From: a virus
Virus record (IMG/VR): IMGVR_UViG_3300042350_001802
Location: 32,001-96,000 of that record
DNA: 64,000 nucleotides
Reading direction: 5' to 3' (one strand)
The notes under the pieces are model-generated. The model saw only the letters and a program-made list of their open reading frames with translations, was not told where the DNA came from and did no database searches. Numbering within the stretch: the first letter of the stretch is position 1; the number at the start of each line of letters is the position of its first letter. Of this stretch, positions 38,901 to 47,421 are shown piece after piece. A program made the position numbers and the translations under genes.

Positions 38901-40856
38901 CTTTTACAGGAAGCTAAAAATGGTGCTGCACTTGCTGTAGATCCTGCTTCAGCTACAGCACTTGGAAACACAATTAAAAAACTTCAAGATAAAATAGATA
39001 GGTTAAATAGAAGAATAAATAATATTCAAGATGGAGATAGTGTTGTTAATCCACTTATAGGAGCTGCAGTTGGAGCTGCTGTAGCATTTGGAACTTGGAA
39101 AAATAGAGTGCTTCCTAATGATTATAGATATTTAGATAGACAAAAAAGTGAGTGTGACTCTCAAGCTGCTGTAGGAATTACTGATGGTTATTTTTACTTA
39201 TTTGCTAATGGCATACGTGACTTTTTTGTAGAGAGTGAAATTAATCTTGCTCAGCGCGATTGGGGTGAAGAATTATATCAACGTTTTTACGATCCATATA
39301 ATAATACAGATCTTGATACACTGTTTAGATCTGATATTATAAAGAGTGGCAACTACTTTAAATATGATTATTCTCTATCAGCTTCTAAGTTTTATGTGAA
39401 CAACATTAGTTGGGGTAGCGTACTTGCTCGTGATTTTGATCCTTTGATTGAAAATACCTGTTATAATTATTATCCAAATAGAGCAATCTATTCCCTACCA
39501 CAAAGTGAAGAACTTAAAAAGGATAATTGGTTAGTGTATCTTCCAAATAACTACAGAGATTTTGATGGTAGAGTGACAGCAATACAATCTGCTTATAAGA
39601 CTGGTGCACTTATATTATTTAACGATGCAAGTCCTGTAGTATTTCCAGGAGTAGACCAACTTCAAACAGATAATGGTATTAAAGTGACTATTGGAGATGG
39701 AGGATTATTCACTGGTAATCTACAAAATATATATACCTCAGATGCAGTTTATGAACAAGGATCTTGTCAATCATTTTACTCTGCAATAAACACACCTGTA
39801 GGATTATTTTGGGTTAGTCAGAATCAAGGTCGTGTATTCAACTTTAACTCTGGTCTTAAAGAGATTTCTCGTAATGGAATGAAGTGGTGGTTTGCTAAGT
39901 ATTTACCATCAATGCTTCTTAAGGATTTTCCAACATTTGAACTTTATGATAATCCAGTGGCAGGGGTGGGTGTTATGTTAGCATATGATAATACTAATGA
40001 AATACTCTACCTGACTAAAAAGGACTACAAACTTAAAGATGAGTATGAGGGTAAACTGGTGTATAAGAGTGGAAACACTTTCTTACTTGGAAGAAGAAAA
40101 ATTCCTTTAGGAGATCCTACATATTTTGAAGATGCTTCATTTACAATCAGTTATGATCCTAAAGGAAACTCTGGAAGTGGAGCATGGGTATCTTTTCATG
40201 ATTGGCATCCTAACATGATAGTTTCTTCAAGAGATCACTTTATGACTATTAAGGGTAAAGATGTATGGAAGCATAATGTAAGATGTGATAAGTTCTGTAA
40301 CTTCTATGGTAAGGATTATCCATTTGAAGTGGAGTATGTTACATCTACAGGACAAGAAGTAGCCACTCTTAAAAACATAGAGTATCAGTTAGAGTGTTAT
40401 AAATATGCTCCAAACTGCGAGGATGTTAACCACGTTCTTAATGAGAACTTTGACAATGCTATAATCTATAATACAGAGCAGGTATCTGGGAATCTTAAAC
40501 TTGTTATGAAACAAGCTAATGATCCACTTGCTACATTTGAATATCCAATCATTCGTCAAAATCAAATAGATATTCTTTGTTCTAAAGAGGAGAATAAATA
40601 CAGATTTAACCAGTTCTGGGATATTACACGCAATCGTGGAGAGTTTACACCAAACTATGAAACAATATGGGATACAGCTCCTAATGGTTATGTTAAAGAG
40701 ATAAACCCGACATATACAAATTATACAAAGGGTCCTCTTCAGCGTAAGAAGTTTAGACACTATCTTACACGTGTATTATTTAAGAAACTTGTATCAGATG
40801 ACATTAAGATGCTTTTACGTATTTCTAACAATAAACTTACTAAGTCTTTCAGATAA
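35973..40856 (+). CDS. Tail stabilisation (muzzle) protein
   Basis: F.KGM.KD...P...ARN N-terminus, YMRDEVYSF, IRHHKFP, FGGD.YI and WVSFHDW.P motifs typical of crAss-like muzzle proteins. Confidence 0.8.
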   Translation: MAEQQNTSSIKTNIFTKGMVKDTDPSFIPEGVWTHARNAVNNTVLGQVGDIGNEPANKYCTSAPFTVIGIVSLIEDKWVVFSTNDVDSEIGIFDESECSYKKIVRDACLNFKTSHLIKGVSRENFDCTRSVYFVDSLNPDRVLNLDRVPYIAKRKRKIGDNCYVDEYSDKLDCEALRIAPLIDSPCISLKKSDSSGTLPNGSYQVAVAYSSNGIRLTDYFLPSNIQSLFNHSNVAGAVEVGISFMDSSYDEFELVLISTISANTVARSIGFYSTRSKTILIDRLDDVSPAVSLSEIPLITPSYETSDNITEVNGYLVRTGIYTRPNFNYQPQANNIVTKWVSVNLPADYYVKGGNQTSYMRDEVYSFFIRWVYNTGDRSASYHIPGRKAIGSDNRTIGGADALESASGVVTRKWEAYDTSDITSTTQYQLPNGQGTVIAEGVMSYWESSESYPDDKPIIWGDLCGDKIRHHKFPDNCTTNINSSDGANINILGVKFENISHPLDINGNPIQSIVGYEILRGSREGNKTIIAKGILNNMGEYDLDEQITERKGLYSNYPFNDLRVDPYLSKKEVKGGCAGKGYEPMGTFKNDVFSFHSPETQFQDPFLNPFELKIHGEISGSVDGQFKPVYNHPEQKALRDAAIFTAAVIGTGIGLIAATGEKTTYNVSERVSTSGLTMTLLGASTGTLVDNGSGILGSTTDVSRKQSPVTANLAQSIATQVAGGFIFVSFLGQGMEATIKVLESLIPYNKFAYQYNAHGFYTNYTCPKQSNTRRKVLDAQYINPYLQEFGIDYRINNLFRSRIVAVRLDNEIERPSVVDDSRVTIGNLQLWKDPTRPFKRTTSAYYSSLKIKMASQYGQIDSIIQVPISSCVYATEPSKDLKITSPVLFGGDIYINRYTEKNTFFFFNDWLFGQPDGYQYDYMQHINIPYPRYWMDTTQYDYTKLIAPFAAGIGSAALSSLALERIWKRSLARTEQLLQEAKNGAALAVDPASATALGNTIKKLQDKIDRLNRRINNIQDGDSVVNPLIGAAVGAAVAFGTWKNRVLPNDYRYLDRQKSECDSQAAVGITDGYFYLFANGIRDFFVESEINLAQRDWGEELYQRFYDPYNNTDLDTLFRSDIIKSGNYFKYDYSLSASKFYVNNISWGSVLARDFDPLIENTCYNYYPNRAIYSLPQSEELKKDNWLVYLPNNYRDFDGRVTAIQSAYKTGALILFNDASPVVFPGVDQLQTDNGIKVTIGDGGLFTGNLQNIYTSDAVYEQGSCQSFYSAINTPVGLFWVSQNQGRVFNFNSGLKEISRNGMKWWFAKYLPSMLLKDFPTFELYDNPVAGVGVMLAYDNTNEILYLTKKDYKLKDEYEGKLVYKSGNTFLLGRRKIPLGDPTYFEDASFTISYDPKGNSGSGAWVSFHDWHPNMIVSSRDHFMTIKGKDVWKHNVRCDKFCNFYGKDYPFEVEYVTSTGQEVATLKNIEYQLECYKYAPNCEDVNHVLNENFDNAIIYNTEQVSGNLKLVMKQANDPLATFEYPIIRQNQIDILCSKEENKYRFNQFWDITRNRGEFTPNYETIWDTAPNGYVKEINPTYTNYTKGPLQRKKFRHYLTRVLFKKLVSDDIKMLLRISNNKLTKSFR

Positions 40857-43800
40857 TGAAAAGATCTGACTCCATATTATTGAAGTTTTATAATAGTAAA
40901 CTTCCTAAGTATCAGCAGAAAGGATTAGTTCTTCCTGGATATGCACAACAGTATATGTCTGGTAGAATGGGTGATCTTCAATCACTTATACCAAGAGTAG
41001 ATGTAGACTTTGCTAAAAATATAGCTGCTGCTAGAAAAAGAGATGAGGAAGCTGCACTAATAGCAATTGCTCCTAAACTTTCTTTCATAGGTCCTGCAGA
41101 TACACGTGTGAGTACACAAATTATAGAGAAAGAGTTAGCTGAGCAGCGTGCTAGACAAGAAGCTCAACAAAGATCAGCTCTTGCACAGACATTTGGGTCA
41201 TTTACACCCACTGGTAGTCCTGCTGCTGGAGCAATAGGTGCTGAGATGTTTGTAAATATGAATCCTATTACAGGACCTGCAATGTCTGCAGGAAGACTTA
41301 CACAACAAGCACTAGGTGAAAACCCTTATGGGTTTGATTCTAATAATGCTTGGTGGAAAAATGCATTAGCTAACTTAGCAGTTGCAGGAGATATTGTTGG
41401 AGTGGGGATGCTTGGTAATATGAGATTGGCACAGAATGCACCAGCAAGTTCTCAAGTATTAAGTAGACTAAATCAACAAATAAGACCTTTACCTTTAGTA
41501 AAACCACAAACTGTTTTACAACAAGCTAAACCTACTGCTTCTGTAATTGGAAAAAATGTTTATGAAAAAGTAGATCCTGAAACTGGAGTGAGTACATTTC
41601 AAGAATCTCCTATTACACAGAGGTATGCTTCTAGTTCAAAACCTATATTTGGAAGAGATGAGCAAGGTGTTTTTTCTGAAATAAATGGTATAAGAACATA
41701 TGAGTTATTACCTCCAGCTGATGAAATAGTTTTAGGAAAACCAGTTAGAAACTCTCTTTTAAATATTACAGAAACTGATTATAATATTGTCATTAATAGA
41801 TTACGCAATATACCAAAAATAGATAGATTCTTAAGTGGTCCTTCAGGAAATATAGCAACTTATCGTATTCTTAGAGATTTGGGTTATGATGTTGGTGGTA
41901 TGAGTTCTTCTCGACAAATAAGAGATATGGTTAGAACTCTATCTGAAAATATAAATCAAGGAACAAACTTTGATGATGCTATTAGATCTACTATAAAATC
42001 TTATCTTACTGTGCCAACAAGTGGTTGGGAAGGTTATAGAGGAGGATTATCCAGTAACTATACTTATGATGCAAATTCTTGGACTAATAGAGGAAGTTTT
42101 TTAGGAAACCTTGTTCAAAAAATAAAACGTCAAGCAAATACGGTTGACTATCAACTAGGAGATTTTTATAGAAGTCTTACCGCAAAAACACCACCTATTT
42201 ATAATCAACAGTCATTAGTTGATGAAATAAATCAAGAACTAGCAAAAGGTGTAGGGGTGAAAAAAACAAACCTTCCTTTAAGAATAGAGTTAAACTCAGG
42301 GAATCAAAATATAAATGATTTTTATTTAAGAACCTTTATTGATGATAAACTTGCAGGAGATATTAATCTTGTAAGAAATATAGGTCCATATACAGGGGGT
42401 CCTAGAAAAAAACTCACTGAAATATTATTTAGTGATAATGTTAATAATGCTTATACTAAGTGGTTAAAAACCCCAGGTTTTTTAAAAAGGGGAGATTTTC
42501 CTTTATCCTATTATCAAGGAGCTAATTTAAAACAGCAGGGTATAAGCGGTGAATTTAATAAAGCTATTAATGAAGTTCTTAAGCGTAGAGGATTTGGAAA
42601 TATTTTAAGTGGTGGTACAGGACATTCTACTCTTGGAAAAGAAAGATGGGAAAATCTTGTAAAAAGAGGTCTTGCTGAATTTTTAGGTGATCAATATTAT
42701 AAGTTGAAAAAAAAGGGTGGTCCTATAGTTAATCCTCGTGGATTTATGGATGGTGAACCTCCTAGAGGATCTAACTGGAGAATACCTGGTGATACATTAT
42801 ACAACCCCACTCCAAATAAAATACGTGCTATTTCTGATAACGGTATAGAAAAAACACTTAATCCTTTTGATGAAACGCAAGTAAACTTTCCCGGTGCTCA
42901 ATATGTTGATGAGTATAAGATGAAAATGGGAGGACTATCTCCTAACAAAGCACGTGAGATATTACACGATGGTACAGTGCATGGTCGTCCTTTAACAGAA
43001 AAGCAGCGTAGATTCTTTGGTGCTATGTCTAAAGGAAACACTAAAAAGTATCAACTCGGTGGTAATGCTTTAGCAATGCTTAGAGATTATGGTGGAGGAA
43101 TCTCAGTTGCTTCTCTTAACTCACCACTTCCTAAAGCGCAAGGTGGTCTACCTATTAAGTCAACAACACCTATTATATCTCCAATACTTGAACTAACAAA
43201 GATTTTGACAGGAGTTACAGGAGATAAAAAAGAAACTGTTTCTAATAAACCTAAAGTACCAGAAGTAACACTTGAAAGGTATTTTAATGTTGTAGATCCT
43301 AGAAAGATTAGAGCAACCACTGGACAACCTATTAACCCTAATGTTGATCTTGTTGCTGGTCAATATCCAACAAGATATATTACACAAGATTTAAAGTTAG
43401 CTAAACAAAAAGGTCTTTCAAAAGAAGATGCATGGAATCTTGCAGCAATAGCTTTTCAGGAATCAGGATGGGGTAAGACTGATAGTAACTTGGGACATGT
43501 TTTAGGACCCGCTGGTAAGGGGGACTATGGTAGTACTCTTATTAATGCTTATATGAATAAGATGAAAGAAGCAGATCGTTTGGGTATTACTGATCCGTAT
43601 ACACGTTTACAAGTGTATAACGGACTTGGAAAGATATTTCCTTCTACAGAACAGAAGTATCATAGGTTTAAAATGAAGAAGATATATGGAGTACCTGTTC
43701 CACAAGGAGGATTAAATTTGAGAGAAAATCCTTTATATGGAAAACAAGTGGTTGATATCCGCGAGAATGTTCTTAAAAAGAATCCTAAGTTAGTAGAATA

Positions 43801-44116
43801 CATTGATTCTCTATACAAAAAAAATGGTGGATCATTTGGAGCGTTCGGATATGTAGGAAAGGGGTGGTATAAGAATGGTGGTCAGCATGGAGGATTAGAC
43901 AGATGGTTCGCTGAAAAGTGGGTTGATGTAAAGACAGGTAAACCATGTGGTAGACAAGAAGGGGAAAGTAGAGCATACCCAGCATGTAGACCTAGCAGAC
44001 GCGTATCATCTAAAACTCCTAAGACTAGTGGAGAGATGAGTTCATCTGAAAAAGCAAAGTTTAAAAGTAGTAAAACATCATCACAAAGAATACCTTACAA
44101 TCATAAAAGACGATAA
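40856..44116 (+). CDS. Modular cargo/polyvalent protein (GNAT-like, SLT-like and basic modules) with GG-delimited segments
   Basis: KQQGISG...LSG...GKERWENLVKRG (GNAT-like); AAIAFQESG...YNG (lytic-transglycosylase-like); recurrent xxGG motifs. Confidence 0.55.
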   Translation: MKRSDSILLKFYNSKLPKYQQKGLVLPGYAQQYMSGRMGDLQSLIPRVDVDFAKNIAAARKRDEEAALIAIAPKLSFIGPADTRVSTQIIEKELAEQRARQEAQQRSALAQTFGSFTPTGSPAAGAIGAEMFVNMNPITGPAMSAGRLTQQALGENPYGFDSNNAWWKNALANLAVAGDIVGVGMLGNMRLAQNAPASSQVLSRLNQQIRPLPLVKPQTVLQQAKPTASVIGKNVYEKVDPETGVSTFQESPITQRYASSSKPIFGRDEQGVFSEINGIRTYELLPPADEIVLGKPVRNSLLNITETDYNIVINRLRNIPKIDRFLSGPSGNIATYRILRDLGYDVGGMSSSRQIRDMVRTLSENINQGTNFDDAIRSTIKSYLTVPTSGWEGYRGGLSSNYTYDANSWTNRGSFLGNLVQKIKRQANTVDYQLGDFYRSLTAKTPPIYNQQSLVDEINQELAKGVGVKKTNLPLRIELNSGNQNINDFYLRTFIDDKLAGDINLVRNIGPYTGGPRKKLTEILFSDNVNNAYTKWLKTPGFLKRGDFPLSYYQGANLKQQGISGEFNKAINEVLKRRGFGNILSGGTGHSTLGKERWENLVKRGLAEFLGDQYYKLKKKGGPIVNPRGFMDGEPPRGSNWRIPGDTLYNPTPNKIRAISDNGIEKTLNPFDETQVNFPGAQYVDEYKMKMGGLSPNKAREILHDGTVHGRPLTEKQRRFFGAMSKGNTKKYQLGGNALAMLRDYGGGISVASLNSPLPKAQGGLPIKSTTPIISPILELTKILTGVTGDKKETVSNKPKVPEVTLERYFNVVDPRKIRATTGQPINPNVDLVAGQYPTRYITQDLKLAKQKGLSKEDAWNLAAIAFQESGWGKTDSNLGHVLGPAGKGDYGSTLINAYMNKMKEADRLGITDPYTRLQVYNGLGKIFPSTEQKYHRFKMKKIYGVPVPQGGLNLRENPLYGKQVVDIRENVLKKNPKLVEYIDSLYKKNGGSFGAFGYVGKGWYKNGGQHGGLDRWFAEKWVDVKTGKPCGRQEGESRAYPACRPSRRVSSKTPKTSGEMSSSEKAKFKSSKTSSQRIPYNHKRR

Positions 44117-44117
44117 T

Positions 44118-46052
44118 ATGGCAAACAAACCTAATAACCCATCACTCTGGTCTAAAGCTAAATCATTAGCTAAGCAGAAGTTTGATGTTTACCCATCTGC
44201 ATATGCTAACGGATGGGCAGCTAAGTGGTACAAATCTAAAGGTGGCACTTGGAGAAAAGCACAAGAAGGAATAACAGTTCCTTATTCTAAAGAGTATGTG
44301 GACTCACTTCGTAACAAATGGATTAATTTTTATAATAATCCCGCTTCTTTAGTAGAATCTCCAAGCATGGATGATAGATTTGATGACTTTTACTATAGTG
44401 AAGCTAGAAAGATTCCAAAGGTTAAAAAAAATGTTTCTGGATGGATAAAATATTATGATAATGGAGAAAATGAATTTGAAATGGGATCTAAAGATAACCC
44501 ACCTTCTAATTTTGGTAAACCTATTCCAGGATATAAATTTATTGAAAACGTTACTATAACAGAAGAACCTGATACTAGTGAACTTTCTAGACTAGTAAAA
44601 GCTATAGCTACTACCGAACAAGAAAAACCTCGTCATTTAAGAAGTGTAAATTTTCCAAGAGAACTTATGCAAGTGGGTGGATTATTTCCACGTTTTATGC
44701 AAGACGGTGGTGAACCTGATGGAGGAATGGCACTTGGTCAGATGGCTGCTGTTATAGATAAGCTTAGCAAACTACGCGAGTTTATTAGTGAAGACTCAGA
44801 TCTTGAACCATGGGTTAGTTCTAAGCTTGCTGTAATGGATCATTATGCTGACGCTGTATCTGATTATATGATGTATGGTGCAGAAGGAGATCAGGAAGAA
44901 GAGGAAGAAGAGGAAGAGGATGAAGAACTTTCTGAAGATGAAATGGAAGAGATGAAGAATGGCGGTATTCCTGAGCGTTATAGAAAACGCGGGTTTACTA
45001 GAGTGGGAGCAAAACGTAAGTCTAATCGTCCTGGTAAAAAATGGATGGTGCTTGCTAAGAAAGGTGATAAGTATAAGATTGTACACGGTGGGTATAAGGG
45101 TATGCAAGACTACACTCAGCATCGTAACAGAAAACGTCAAAAGAACTTTTGGAACCGTATGGGTGGTCGTAACTCAGGTAAAGCAACAGATCCATTTTCT
45201 CCTCTATACTGGCATAAACGCTTTGGTACATGGCAAGATGGTGGTAATACAAATAACAATTTAAATACAAACTTTATGAATCCTCTTTATGATTTCATCC
45301 AGCGTGCTCAGATGGGTGGACAACAACAGTCACAAGATGAGCAATTAATGCAGATTATTGCTATGTTTGCTCAGATGCAAGGTATTGATCCTCAAGACCT
45401 TATGCAGCAATTACAGCAACTTTCTGCTGAAGAACAACAACAAGCTATTATGCAGATGGCACAAGCAGTACAACAACAGGGTGCTGATGGTCAACAGCAG
45501 ATGATGCGTAGTGGTGGTATGCCATGCTTTGAGTGTGGTGGTAAGTATGGTGCGGGTGGAGAAATGGGTGGTCCTGTGGAACTTCCTGCTCTTCCTGTAG
45601 ATATTTACGGTATCCCCACTTATGGTGGTGGAGGTGCTGCTTATCTTAATCCCTACACTGATGCTATGATGGAAATGCAAGATGGTGGTAAACCTGAGTG
45701 GTTAATTCGTGCACAACTTAAAGCACAAGGATATAGTGGATCTGCTTTAGAAAATAAGATGTCACAAATGAAACAGGGTGGTATACATATTAATCCAAAA
45801 AATAAAGGTAAATTTACAGCAAAAGCTAAAGCTGCTGGTATGGGTGTACAAGCGTATGCTAGTAAGGTGCTTGGAGCTCCTGAAGGACAATATCCTGCAT
45901 CCACTCGTAGACAAGCAAACTTTGCACGCAATGCTGCTGATTGGAAAAAACAAGATGGTGGACTTGCAATTGGAACAGTTATTGAGGATGCTGATGATGA
46001 ATTGATTAACCGTTTAAGAAACGAAGGATATACAATTGAAATTGTAGGATAA
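44118..46052 (+). CDS. Modular polyprotein-like virion protein
   Basis: More than 10 MQDGG/MKNGG/AQMGG-type motifs separate basic, acidic and Gln-rich modules. Confidence 0.6.
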   Translation: MANKPNNPSLWSKAKSLAKQKFDVYPSAYANGWAAKWYKSKGGTWRKAQEGITVPYSKEYVDSLRNKWINFYNNPASLVESPSMDDRFDDFYYSEARKIPKVKKNVSGWIKYYDNGENEFEMGSKDNPPSNFGKPIPGYKFIENVTITEEPDTSELSRLVKAIATTEQEKPRHLRSVNFPRELMQVGGLFPRFMQDGGEPDGGMALGQMAAVIDKLSKLREFISEDSDLEPWVSSKLAVMDHYADAVSDYMMYGAEGDQEEEEEEEEDEELSEDEMEEMKNGGIPERYRKRGFTRVGAKRKSNRPGKKWMVLAKKGDKYKIVHGGYKGMQDYTQHRNRKRQKNFWNRMGGRNSGKATDPFSPLYWHKRFGTWQDGGNTNNNLNTNFMNPLYDFIQRAQMGGQQQSQDEQLMQIIAMFAQMQGIDPQDLMQQLQQLSAEEQQQAIMQMAQAVQQQGADGQQQMMRSGGMPCFECGGKYGAGGEMGGPVELPALPVDIYGIPTYGGGGAAYLNPYTDAMMEMQDGGKPEWLIRAQLKAQGYSGSALENKMSQMKQGGIHINPKNKGKFTAKAKAAGMGVQAYASKVLGAPEGQYPASTRRQANFARNAADWKKQDGGLAIGTVIEDADDELINRLRNEGYTIEIVG

Positions 46053-47410
46053 TGAAGATACTTATCAAAAATACACCTCTTCCTAAAAATCAAATAGGAA
46101 AGTATATTCCTAAGTTTCCTCCTGGTTATTTACAAGCAATGCAGATGACTGGGTGGAATCCTTCTATGACACCATTTACATTTCCTCAGAGTATGATTAG
46201 TAATGTAAATATTACACCTATTAATATACCTTTAGATGGACTAGTAAATGAATCTACTGTTGATCGACCCCCTTCAGATATATTTCCATATGATTTTATT
46301 GGACCTGAGTTAGAAGGACAAGAAAGAGAACTTGACCCTGTAACCAAAGCTGCTTGGGAACAAGCACAGCGTGATGCTGCTATAATTGGAACTAGAGATA
46401 CAGATGATGGAGAAGTTAGATATAGTGCAGAGGATCTTATGAAAATGAGACAACCTAAAACTACTATTACAACCACAACTTCACAACAGAATCTTTCTGG
46501 TCCCATTCTTGCTTCTATGATTACAGCTGGGTTATCTGGTCTTGGTAACATGTTGCAAAAAAATAATTTACAACAAGCATCTAGAAGGTTTCAGATAAGA
46601 TCTGGAATGACGGATAGTTATTTTCCAGTGATTCCAAATTTAACAAGTAGAGGAACAACAGAAATTAATACAGGAGAAATGTTTCCTAATCTTCGTGTTC
46701 CTGTGCAGTTTCCTGGTAATCCATATGCTTCTATAAATCGTCAACCCTACTTTGGAATGGCGCAAGAAGGTGCGTTAATTCCAAAAGTTCCTTATGATGT
46801 CCCATCAATTAGTATACCTACAACTCCATCGTTTAACTATACGATGGGCACTGATGTTTATTCAGATAGAGAAGAAGCATCATCTATATATCCATCAACA
46901 GAATCTTCTAGTGTAAATATAGTGAACTCAGATACAAATGCAGAGATTTCATTTACACATAATAATCCTTTAAACATTCATTACGGTGATTTTGCAAGAA
47001 AATATGGTGGGACTAAAGGGCATCCAGATAGTGATGGAAATGTTGCTATTTTCCAAAATATTGATACTGGAATAACAGCAGCTAGAGATCTTTTATTTGG
47101 TCCCACTTATAGAAACCTTACAATTTCACAAGCAAGAAAAAGATGGGTGGGTGGACCTAGCAATTCTATTTCTAATATAGTAAAAGCTATGGGTGGAGAT
47201 AAGCTTTTAAGTAGTATGACTGTTGAAGAACGTGAAAAGCTTATTAAAGAGTTTGCGAGATGGGAAGGTAAACAAGCGTACAATCTTTTAAAAGATATGA
47301 ATTTAAAACCGTATCTTAATGATGAGTACCGTGAAGGAGGAGAATATGACCTTACAGATGACGAAATAGATTATATATTAGCTAACGGAGGTGAGATAGA
47401 ATACCTCTAA
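46052..47410 (+). CDS. Cargo protein with lysozyme-like muralytic domain
   Basis: HNNPLNI...AIFQN..TG..A...LL matches NNPGNI-type phage virion lysozyme-like domains; hydrophobic LASMITAGLSGLG segment. Confidence 0.55.
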   Translation: MKILIKNTPLPKNQIGKYIPKFPPGYLQAMQMTGWNPSMTPFTFPQSMISNVNITPINIPLDGLVNESTVDRPPSDIFPYDFIGPELEGQERELDPVTKAAWEQAQRDAAIIGTRDTDDGEVRYSAEDLMKMRQPKTTITTTTSQQNLSGPILASMITAGLSGLGNMLQKNNLQQASRRFQIRSGMTDSYFPVIPNLTSRGTTEINTGEMFPNLRVPVQFPGNPYASINRQPYFGMAQEGALIPKVPYDVPSISIPTTPSFNYTMGTDVYSDREEASSIYPSTESSSVNIVNSDTNAEISFTHNNPLNIHYGDFARKYGGTKGHPDSDGNVAIFQNIDTGITAARDLLFGPTYRNLTISQARKRWVGGPSNSISNIVKAMGGDKLLSSMTVEEREKLIKEFARWEGKQAYNLLKDMNLKPYLNDEYREGGEYDLTDDEIDYILANGGEIEYL

Positions 47411-47421
47411 ACTTGAATAAT

